Made by a program: the position numbers and the translations under genes. Below, one piece after another: positions 12,299 to 24,200 of a stretch of 64,000 nt of DNA (positions are counted from its first letter, which is position 1; each line of letters begins with the position of its first letter). Below the pieces are notes generated by a model, which was given only the letters and a program-made list of their open reading frames with translations, was not told where the DNA came from and did not search any database. This DNA is from Tubulanus polymorphus (lineage: Eukaryota; Animalia; Nemertea), in contig NC_134030.1 of the NCBI RefSeq assembly GCF_964204645.1, forward strand, positions 21,970,210-22,034,209, in the 5' to 3' direction.

Positions 12299-15200
12299 AT
12301 GAAGAATCTATGGAGGAATCCGCAGAAGTGTTTAGTGATCTACGTGATTATACTGTTGAATCTCATGGCGAACAACAACAGCCCACAAGCGTTTAGAGTC
12401 AAGAGAAATACCGGTAAGACAACGTGAAAGAACATATCATTGAGTTTATATGGCGAATGTATTACATAAGATAAAACTTATCACCAGACTTTGGAAACTT
12501 GTATTTGAAATATCTGGGACAAAATGATAGTAGCTGAATAGTCCACTTGAACTGATACATTTACCTCGAATGAAAACCCACAATCTCTCAAGTGTTTTAC
12601 ATTTTACCTTAAACATTTTAACTATTCAATAATTGTATTTTATCTTCTAAAACTCCATCTGCACCCATCTCCATTCTTATACCCGGGTTATGCGTCTCCA
12701 CTACGCTCGCAACACGCCTTCAATGCTGAGTTTTCCGCAAAACCTGGGTTGTAGAAACCGTAGTTGAAAAAGAAGGGTCCACTCCTTATTTAACCACGTT
12801 CGCGTAAAACTTTTAGAATTTTTACTAGAAGTGTAGAAAGTAGACCCGCGTTCGGGTGCAACGAATGAACTTAAACTTGAACTACAGATTAAGAGAAATC
12901 CCACAATAAAATCAGCGAAATGAATTGAAATTTAGAAAAAGACGAGAATATATCTCGAGCAACGTTTCGGCTAAAACTTATGACCCAATCTATCAGTACA
13001 CGAGATAGATTTAACAAGATATTTACACAGGAATGTAACAAAGGAACTGAGTGAGTGATTGAAGTTAATAAAGATTAAAAACATAGACAAGGAAACAATA
13101 GTAGAAAGAGTTAGGTAATAGCAAACGGCAAACTAGGGGTAATCATACTTGTTGAGGTAAATTAAACACAAAACCCGAAAGTAAAACGAGGAGGTAAACC
13201 ACAGGGTAATCTAACAATCACAGAATACATCACAGCCTGTGTCTCAAAATCATAGATAATGCGTGTGAATATTAGATCTTAAAAACATCAAATCAGATTA
13301 TTGTTTATTTCTTGTCGAACCTCTTCAAACGGTGACAACTATCGGAAGACAATTTGCTTAAACAAGTCTGGGGCTCTAGTTGCTCTGAAGTCGGTTTAAG
13401 GTGAATGAAATTGAGATGTTAATTGGTCAATTCTGAACAATGGCTCTGACAGAAAGATTGCCATTTATTTCAGCACCTGATGGAGTTGTACTGGACAGTG
13501 TGAATGTTAATAGGGTACAAGATAATTACGTATATTGTTTATTTGATATTTCAGCACCTGATGGAGTTGTACTGGACAGTGTGAATGTATTACCGGGTAC
13601 ACCTATGTTACTGTCGCAGGAAGGTAAAACTGTTCGTATTACCTGCAAACAGAGGAGCTCTACAGCGACTGGTGTAGAATTCCAGCTACAAGTGAATAAT
13701 GGACCAGAAGGGACCTGGATTGCATTACCTACAGCATCAGCACCAGTTTGGGTTTTTCAGCCCGATGCTCGTAAAATGTATAAATGTGTGGCCATTAATT
13801 CAGCCGGAATTAAAGAAAGTCAGTTCTACCAATCAGATGTAATCAGTGAGTATGCATCACTTATCAAATAATGCTGGGAAAATAGAAAAAAAGTTTCCTG
13901 TGCACATGTTATATTTTTTCGTGCATATAACTTTTATTTCAGGTATAAAGATAAATGAAAACCCGTGTAAACTGCATGAATTCAAACCATCACTAACTTG
14001 TACTTGTAAAGCCACTAGTAAGATCGGTAATCCAATCATCAAAGTAAAATGGTATGCTGATGGATTTACTGAAGGATCAACGGATATTGATCAGATCCCC
14101 GATCAAGGCGTAAATACCCCGGTGAAAGATGGAGTTATCAACAGGAATCAGATGCGGTTTAATCTAATGCTGTACGCAATATTGATTCAATGTCGGTTAT
14201 GGAAGTATAATGGGATAGAGTTACCGAAACTAACACTTCAAGAACAAATACTACATCAAACTCCAATGAACGTTACGTGTAAGTTGGAGAATATTTTCAT
14301 TAGAGAATTTTCATACGATATCAGAGTGACAATAATGCATGTTACATCGTTTATTTTATTGGTAACTGCCCATAGTTGGAGATTTAAGAGTTACTATTTC
14401 ATAACGACTGGTGATCATGCCTATGAAATTCTTTCGTTTTAATATTTGGTTCCAAGAAGGTATTTCAAATACTGAAGCGAATTGTTAATAATAACATTAA
14501 AAGGACTAGAATATGAATGTGCATGTATTTGCTTTTGAAATCGAACCTACTAGAAAACGATTTCACCTTCTATGATTAGGCTTAAGATTTTGAGCCCACA
14601 TGGAAAAATTGCAGCGAAATCGGTTAAAATGTTGACATAAAAAGTTCGTTTCTGTAACAATTGTCGTCTTCGGGTATTCTTATGGCTATATCAGGGATTT
14701 TTAATTTGTAATATGGGACAAAGCTTCTTGGACCGGGACAATAGGATCACGCACAACTCACCAGAATAAAGGATTCTTTTCATGAGTGCGATAGATACGC
14801 CACCTATCGTTGATATGTATTGTTGCAAAAACAAATAAACTATATTACAATATAATTATGTCGGGAGTTACACCGTTATATTTCCGTCGATTCAAATTTC
14901 GACGCCCTTGATAAACACACATTCCTCGGAGCGAAAGTAATATTTTACCATGTTTTATGGACGGACGTTTCCTCACGTAAATCAACGATTTTGCACCGAT
15001 CAGTGAAATTGAAGTGGACAAACATGATATCATCCAAAAATGTATTTGCATCTTTATCTTTCAGATTTTCCCGATGAAATTCAAACACCAGATACTTTCA
15101 CCGGAGAACCTGACATTAGAAATGAAGGAGATGTTGTAGAATATACTTGTCGAACAGTGATAGGAAGACCCGATCCTACAGTGATATACCAACAGAAAAG

Positions 15201-18200
15201 AAGAGGTTCTGAACAATGGGAGCCAATTCCTGATCCACAACCTCGTAAAGTACCTCTCAAAATGGTTTTAAAAGGTTTTGACACGACGTACAAGTTCAAA
15301 GCTGATTTCAAACTGCACAATGGAACGTCATTTCGATGTGCTGTAAAGGAGAACCTTACGTTTCCAGAACCTCGACAATTTAATCCAATCATTGTTTATT
15401 GTAAGTAACAGTTTCTTTTTCGAATTCGAGAAATAAATAATTTTCCCTGCAACAATACAGACCCCAGTGGTAGTACAGACCTATCCACACATATAGCATG
15501 TCACAATGTAACCATGCTAAGCAGGAACATGGCAGAGTCTCGCGATGTCATCAGGTTCAAATCCCTGCCGAGGGAGGAACGTGGCAGAATCTCGCGATGT
15601 CATCAGGTTCGAATCCCTGCCGAGGGAGGAACGTGGCAGAGTCTCACGATGTCATCAGGTTCGAATCCCTGCCGAGGGAGGAACGTGGCAGAGTCTCACG
15701 ATGTCATCAGGTTCGAATCCCTGCCGAGGGAGGAACGTGGCAGAGTCTCACGATGTCATCAGGTTCGAATCCCTGCCGAGGATGATGGGTCTACTATGAC
15801 AGGGCTTAAGAACTGTGCTAGGTCAGATATTACTTTTACTAATGTTTTGTTTGTTTTTCAATCAGATTTTGCCGCACCAGTTTACAAGAAATCCAGTGAA
15901 AATGAAACAAATGCAGCGTATATTGTAACAGTTAATAGTTACCCATTGACTCAACAAGTTACATGTGACCCTCCAGCTGTCGTTCAAAAACTATCAAACT
16001 CTCAGTGGAATATAACGATACCTATCGTAAACAGTACCACAACTGACTATAGAGGGCGGTGTTTGGTTGATGGTATTAATGAAAGGGTTATTGATGTCGC
16101 TGGTTATCATCACACCGGTCCAACTGATGAACCAGGTAAGATTCCGGGTCACGACTGGATGAATTTTACATGAATTTGAAGATTCAAATGATTCAATTCC
16201 ATGACATTATAAAACTCGAGGCCATCATCTCTTAACTCGAAATCATTTCTACACAATCAAACAATTTACTTATGAAAGTCGTTATTTTCTAAATTGTCAC
16301 AAAACCTATTAATATATTTCAAAGTCTCAATTTACTAAGTCATTTGTCATTATTATTGGGTCTCATTTTACTAGGTGTAAGTCGTCATTCATTTAAAGCG
16401 TCACATACATACATATAACAAAAAAATAATTTTTGTATTTTACCTAAAGTGTAAATCATTTAGATTAGTCAGCACAGCGGAGGAGTCTCGTGACGTCATC
16501 AGATTTTAAATCCGTGCGCGATGACGTAATTCTCTGTGTCGTCAGAATTGAGCGTTTTCTATTATTATCTGTGAATTCATCACATTCAAATATTACACAA
16601 TGATTTAGCATCTTTAACTTTCTATCTTGAGGCTGTTTGACCCAATCAAGGAACAATTAATTTTCTCCCATTTTAAAAACAACTTATATACTTTATTCAG
16701 AGACTATTTGAGCTTTGAAATTAAGGAACAATTAATTTCTGTTTGACCTAGTTAATTATTCAATTAAATTGCTGTTACTTTTATCAATAGTTACAATGGA
16801 ACTATTTCTAGCTTTATATAATTCAATTCAATCGCATCACCGATTAGTTTGAATTTCCGTTTCAGATGCAGGAAATGGAGGAATAGTGGCTGGTGTTGTA
16901 ATCGGTATATTACTGATATTACTGATTCTAATAATACTGTTTATACTGTGGCGTCGTGGCTGCTGTAAGTTTTACATAAAACCATCAATAAATCTGAAAA
17001 ACAATAATAAACAAACTGCAGAAATGAAATACTCTATTAGGGGTAGAAAACCTAATGATGAACTGGTGGAAATTGTTAGTTCTATAATATTTCATATACA
17101 GAATGCTAGAAATCCAAAAGTAGTGTACACAGCTGGAAGAATTCAGGGGTCCCAAGGTGGCCAGATACAGTTCATTCTCAATTATCTGTTCAAATTTCAT
17201 TCATGCAATTGAATTCAAGAATGTTTGGAACTTAGAAGAACAGAATGTTATCATTTCTGGGATTCAGCACGGGTTGGGTCGTAGTTTCAGATGGCAGCAA
17301 ACATGAAATGTGCTACGACCAAACATTCACCGATTCCATAAAAATCATTTTGATAGAAACCGCCGGCATAGGTTTTCTTAGCCTCCAGGAGAAGCTACTA
17401 AGTAACATCGTTCTCTTCACAAATAACGGTGTTTGAAAAAGTATCCATTTTATAATGTTTAGCATCATTCAACTTTCAATCAATTTTCTAGACACAATAC
17501 GCGCATTATTCAAACCAGAATTTAGATGCACGAGACGCATTAAAAATCTAAAGCCAGAATATGCATAATGTTTATTTATTTTCGTCTGACATCGATCACT
17601 TTCAGATCTGAATCAGTGCGGTCTAAATAAAACATCGTTTTTATATCTATTGTAAAATGCAGCATTAATTGAATTATCTAATGGCGAATGAATTACTCGT
17701 AGATGCACAGTCTTCGGTACAGGCTCGATACAAGTCTCTGCGGGGTCATCAATCAACGTTGATAGGTTATGATTTCTTGCCTACGTTAGGTTCTGCATTT
17801 TCTCGTTGGGAAGTATCGTTAAGTTGTTGTGTGACGATAGTAATAAATTATCACATATGCCTACCGGGTATCGGTAATGAAAACTTGCGCCCGGTTCCTT
17901 GTCCCAGTTACCATTTATTGCCAACTAGAAGAAATTCCGTAAATCTCTGATTCCGAAAAATGACAGTACCGGTTTAAACTCGAAAAAGTTACGCAGTATC
18001 ATTGGTTCAATTGTCTCATGGCATTAGTATCCATGACTATCTTTAGTGGGTGGCTCCATGAATATCCAAATCACACTGTTTCTTTATTGGGTTGATTTGT
18101 CAGGTGAACGTGCATCGTGTAAATAAACAGTATTTCTGTTTTCTAATTCACAGTCACGTGTTTGGGTCCGAAATCTGAAGATGCGATTGAATTGTTGCGT

Positions 18201-21200
18201 TGGACAAGTGAAACCTGGTATGAAAAAGGTAAGATTCTCTCACATGATTTACTGCACATATTCTCAGATATCGGTTTGATAATTTTAGGTGTTGTTTTCT
18301 CTTTGTAGATCATGAGAATTGGGTGAAAACACGTGACCAACTGCAGCCGGGTATTTATAGAATTATTAACCCTTTATTTCTATAACATGTAGAATATCTC
18401 GCATGAATACAGTTCATAGTTTTAGAAATCATCCACTAATCATCTGAATGATATACAACTGATTTTGCTTCATTATCAAAACCGTAATTATCAATTTAAG
18501 TTTATGGTTAACAACGTAATTTTTGACTATTTTATCGTATGTTTTTGGTAGATGTTTAATGCAATTAACTGACAATTATTTCTATCTGTGAAGCACATTT
18601 ATAATAATGGCCTCTTATATTAACTCACTGGATACAATGGAAACACGTTTACGCAATGAAATAAACCAAATAATTTGGACCAAGAAACTTTTAGATTTTT
18701 CAGAAACTATTCCATATTCACGTACTAAATCCTGGACTTCACTTGTAGCAAGTGAGGATCCACCAGGTGCAAGGAGGCAATTCCTTGCTATTTTTAGGGA
18801 CTGAACTTTTCGTGAGAAATAAGAAAAAGCATGTGAAATCCCTGATAATGTGTTTGCCTAAGCGTTGTTGTCGTCGTTAACCGGCACTTTTTTCGGCAGT
18901 CCTCCAGTTCATGGTGTTTCATCGATCGTTCATTGATGTGTTTGGTTGAATGACTGGACTGGTTCCGGGTCACATGTACTCTGATCGTGCCTAGAAAACG
19001 TATCCACGCATCTAATTTTAAACAATTTTCTGCGGAAGAACGCCCACTAATTTGTGCACCCCTCCCTGAAATCCTGGATCTGCAGCTGTTCTGCGGCAAT
19101 AGAGGATTCCCATTGAAAATCAACTATACGCGAGAAACGTTTTTAGATGTCGTCTTTTTTCATGTTTATCTGTAGCTAATATTTGTGTTGTTTGTTTAAC
19201 AGTTAAAACTGAAGACTTTGAGGTCATTGAAAAGTCATTCAGTCCAGGTATATTATTCATTGTGATTTCATTTCAATAAAACAATATAAACTCACATGAT
19301 TCATCGATAAATCAACTACCTGTTTGTTAACATCGATGAATTCATTTAGAAAATTAATTTGTTGTCAATTTTTCTTTCTAGAAATTTTCAGAATAATTAA
19401 AGATGTTTACGGAACTGAGAATGATTGGGAGTTAACGAGAGATAAGGATAAACAAGGTAAGAGGAGTGAGTGGTAAGAGTAGTGAGTGGTAAGAGTAGTG
19501 AGTGGTAAGAGTAGTGAGTGGTAAGAGTAGTGACGACTCAGTTGCCGGAGGAAGAGCAGAACCGACTGATTGGTGCCCTGCATGTCTCTCTAAATATGAC
19601 ACTTCTGCCTCCTATCTTCATCCAGCAGTAATTCAAACTGTTTGATGCACAGTTTATTGGACTATTGAACAAATAATTTCTATAATTCATTTCAGCAATA
19701 GCTATCAGAGAATTCCTGTTTGGACAGTTATCAAGTGATCAAAGTAAGTAATCGTTTACCTATAGTTTGTTTTAAGTTTATGTACGCATGTGATGTATGT
19801 AAACATGCGCATGTGAGTTATGTGAACATGCACATGTGATTAATGTGTGCATTGACATTTGATTGATACATAGTAAGTTGTGAGTTGGGTAAACATGTTC
19901 ATGTAAGTTAACATGCACATGTGATTAGTTTACGTGTTTTAAGTTAACACAAGTTTCATCAATGTTTATATTTTCAGGTGTGTTAGATTTGGTGAAAGAA
20001 ATCCTAAGTAAGTTTACGAAACGACTCAATATTTCCTCTTCAACTCGAATCATCGATTCAAATGTGTTTGTTATTATCTGTTGACAGGAAAATACGTGAG
20101 AATAAACAATTTAAAAACGAAACTATCAAATGAGATCGGTAAGATTTGATTGTATACAGTTATTGGTGTATGAGTTTATTGATTATTATTCTACTGTCAA
20201 CACATTTTGTAAATGTATTACAGATACATTACTGAACAAGAAGAGGTCAATAGATGGCGCTGATGTAGTTTACAATAGAGATGAAGGTACATGATTATTT
20301 AGTGTTCAAATGAAATATTCAGCTTTGCTGATAGAAATGTAGCGAATTCTATTCAACATGGCCGCATGGCAGCCACTGAGAATAATCTATAAACCTGATA
20401 GAAGCGACCAGTTGGGAATTTGTTATAATTCAGTGTGTTATTTCGTGAAATGGAAAGTTACTCTAAATTTCTTTGCCTAAATTCGTACCGTTTTGGTCAA
20501 ATTGGATGCATCAAAATTTGTGATGGAAATTTCATCTTAAAAATGTCAGACTAGAGCTTCAGAAATACTCAAGTTACAACAAAATAATCAAATTTACAAT
20601 TGTTATTTAAGAAATAAGATGTGATATAAACTAGGGGTAATGATACAGCATGAAACAGAATTTCAATTAAACTAATTTCAAATCTATTTTTTCCGTGTTT
20701 CAGATGAAGTTCATGTTAGTTTTATGACGCAATCTAATGAAGAGAAAAAACCCCTGACAGACAAAGAGAAACAGTTCATCAGAGATGGTCAGTAAAACTA
20801 TGAATTCTATCTGAGTTCCAGTTTGATGTCGGGTTCACTACACAGTTACAGAGAGTCTTAAAAAGTGTTAAAAAAACTTACTGACGAAAATTTCCAACTT
20901 TTTGAAAAAATGTCTTCCGCATTTTTCAAGATTTATACAGATGTCTGTTAGTAATGATTAGTCATGTAGTGAACAGGGTTCAGTGATTCACTGTGTCACC
21001 AATATTTAGGAGTTATCTGTATTTATGGATTTGTTCACCCAGTCCTGAGAATGGTCGGTTCGCGGAGCTCCGTATACTGCCTATACTAAAGGGGTCGCGT
21101 TAGCGATATACCACTGACAAGGTTTTCAGTGAATGGATTTGCAAAATGAAATGAGTGCCAAAAGAGCAACTGCTCTGTGTGAATCACATTCAGCTATTTT

Positions 21201-24200
21201 TTCGCAGGCTTCAAATCCCCAGTAAACGGTTATAATGAATTTCTATATTTTCAGTTGCTTCAGCAGTTGAATCTATTGATGCTTTCTTTGCTAAAATGTC
21301 CGGTAGGTTCAATAAATCATTTCAGTAAAAATACTGTGGAGTTTGTTGTGGAATCATTGAATAATTGATTGTGTTTATTTTTACTGTAGATGCTGAATTA
21401 TGTGAACGAGGAATATTCAACATTAAACGTAGGTTTTAATTCTCATTTTATCCTCAACTGTTTATAAATACATGTGCTCTATAATCTACCGTACATGTAC
21501 ATGTGAGTTCTCTATACATGTACATGTTAGTTCTCTGTACATGTACATGTACAATACTGAAGTATTCGTAAGTTCTGTGGTTAATACTTTTTCTTTATAT
21601 TTCAGCTACTGATGAAATTGCTGGTAAGTGATAATATTCACTACGATGTTTAAACTGGTGCTAAGTCTGTTAATTGAAATATAGTTGTATCTATTTATAG
21701 ATATGTTTGTAAAAGAAACACTTCAAACAGAAGTTAAACAACAGAATGGTGAGTGTTCAGTTAATCTAGGAATCTATCAGGAAGGGGCTTACAACTATAA
21801 ACTGATTACATATTAAACATATTTTGTCTAATTACAGAAAACCTCGTCACACAAATAGAAAACCAGAAAGTAACTGATGAAACAAGGACAGGTTTGTTAC
21901 ATTATAATCGAAAATTTATTCAGATTTTTTTGATCTTCTGAAAACATGTACAGTAGATACAATTTTACACCGCAATAGTAAAAACATGTAGTAGAAACTA
22001 TTATTTATGGTTGGTTTTACAGAAATGGAAGTGGCCGATCGGAAGCGTTTTGTGAACAAAGATATTTGTGGTAAGACTGAAAATGTTGTTCTTTCATTAT
22101 TTTTCACGATAATTACAAATCGTTTCGTTAATGAGAAATCCAAGGTACAATAAAGCCAGCTGGACCCGGTGATGTGGAACAATTGGTAACTTTGTCGAAA
22201 TTCATCTGCTGTGTGGGAAATTTAAGGTTTTATAAAACCCAGATGTATTTATATGAAATTCTAGTTAGAACTGATCTACCAGATCAGTTCAAACTAGAAT
22301 TTCATGAATTTCATGTGTTGTAATTTCATTAGAATAACATGAATATTGACCAGACTTGTCAATATTCATGTTATTCTATTCATGTATTCATTTGTAGAAT
22401 CAGTTTTATTGGGTTCAAGTTTGCAGAAATTAGAAGAGAACAAACATTCGACAGAACTAGATAAAAGTAAGTGTAAACTTTCTTTGTCTCTAGAACTAAA
22501 TTTACAGAGTATTTGATGACCATGAATTGAAGATGAAATTTATCGATGTCATCAGATTATCAGAGGCATCTGATTCAGAGCCGAGTTTTAAGTGGTGTTA
22601 AACTAAGAATGTTGCTAGGTGACAGTTTGTATCGATATGAATAATATTCAGACTGAGTTCATCGTAGATGATTAAAATCAGTTGTGTTTAAACGCCAAAA
22701 AGTTACCCAGTATCGTCAGTACAAAATCAATCATAGTTTGAAGAAACCGTGTTTTGATTGTCATGCATGTATCAAATGGGGTGGCTCCGAAAATATCCAA
22801 ATCATGTCATCATAAGAGGCTAGCCGAGGGTGATTTCTGTCAAAATGCTCCATTTTGGGAAATTATTTTTTCATTAGTTTATTTCATTGTTCAACTATAT
22901 TTTTAGGTATTTATGAAATAAGTCGAGATGTTTTAGGTAAGAACTAAATAATAGTAACAAACTATAAATACCGAGGTCTAGGGTCGAAAGCAGACGTTTT
23001 AAAAGAAATTATCAGCTGACAAATTTCAAATTACATTTTCTAGGAGTTTCTCGTTTCTTTCTGATTAGCCAGAAACTTGTTAGGTTGAATTTCATTCAGA
23101 AATTTGAATAGATTTGAATAGAAGTCTCGATGTCACCGGAAGCGAATGCCGTGTTGTAATCATGAATTATGTTCTTTTATTCAGAAATTAAATTGAAAAT
23201 CGCAGTTTTTAAATCTATCAGAGGTAAGAGGTTTATGTATGGATTGCATCACAATCAGCAGGGTTTATTCCATCATTTTCCAAGATTCAACCTGAGCTCA
23301 ATTTTTTCCTGGAACTCAATTTCTCATTTTTTTCATGATGATACATAGGCCTATTTACAAATATTTCTTAAAATTGCTCAATTTGTTTTCTGAGAACTCA
23401 ATTTCAGTTCTGATGAAATTTTCCTAGTAATTTATCTTGACGAATCACTTTTAGAATTGTACGCTGGACGAGCTGAAAGATTTCAGAAAGAACTCAAAGA
23501 GAAACTGAAACAAGAGGAAAATAAAGAGAGAAAAAACGAGGAGGAATTGAACAGAATAATTCACAGTTCAGTTTGTCAGGCGTTTAAATATATCACTGAT
23601 ATGAATGAAAGTAAATATCGATTTTATATCTCAAAGTATAATGCACTTAACATGTCGCATATTATATGTAAATGAATGCACATGTCACATGTTCATGTAA
23701 ATGAATGCACGTCATGTAACATGGTTCAAACATCTTTGATACATTTCAGAAACTCTGGTGGATAGTAATGTTGTACGATATGGAGGTTTGTATATAATTT
23801 ACATGGTTCAATCACAAACCAGTTTTTAGCCCACTTGGGACTTTAGTCCCAGCGGACTATTGCGTTCACTTTTCGTCCGTCGTCCGTCCGTAGACGGAAT
23901 CCAGTTATTTTGGGATGTTTTGAAGACGCTTCAAGGTAACGTCTTGATATTTGGGTTACACATGTATCTACCCTAGACACATCTTCAGCCCAAAAACTGG
24001 CCCTGTCAGATTCAAGATGGCCGGCTGGCAGCCATTGTTGTTCGCCAAAATTAGCACTTTTTACTTTTTGAGGGTAATTTTGAAGACGCTTTGATCAATT
24101 ACATTGATCTTTCGGATATATGTGAATCCCCCGAGGGCCCATCAGCAAAAATTGGGTCGATCGGACTCAAGATGGCCGTCCTATGACCTTTTTTGTGCCC

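Noticed and set aside
7441-15392. Minus-strand ORFs 7441-7668, 9869-10078, 9961-10281, 13857-14042, 15081-15392 and their paralogues
   Set aside because: Antisense shadows of + strand exons, with no independent coding features.
15498-15865. Repetitive ORFs in three frames (MSSGSNPCRGRNVAESHDVIRFESLP)
   Set aside because: Produced by a stop-free 52-bp intronic minisatellite; the true exon starts at 15866.
6815-16964. Assigning a known gene symbol (Dscam, nephrin, hemicentin, Alr, FREP)
   Set aside because: Only generic Ig features are recognisable; domain order and tails do not match these families, and no search could be run.
18607-18804. Independent start of the micro-exon gene at MASYINSLD (also 62335)
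   Set aside because: Phase-compatible exons (18154, 18309 and the B2 Cys-rich exons) link upstream to the TM exon, and I found no other terminal exon for the Ig gene. An internal start here is still not disproved.
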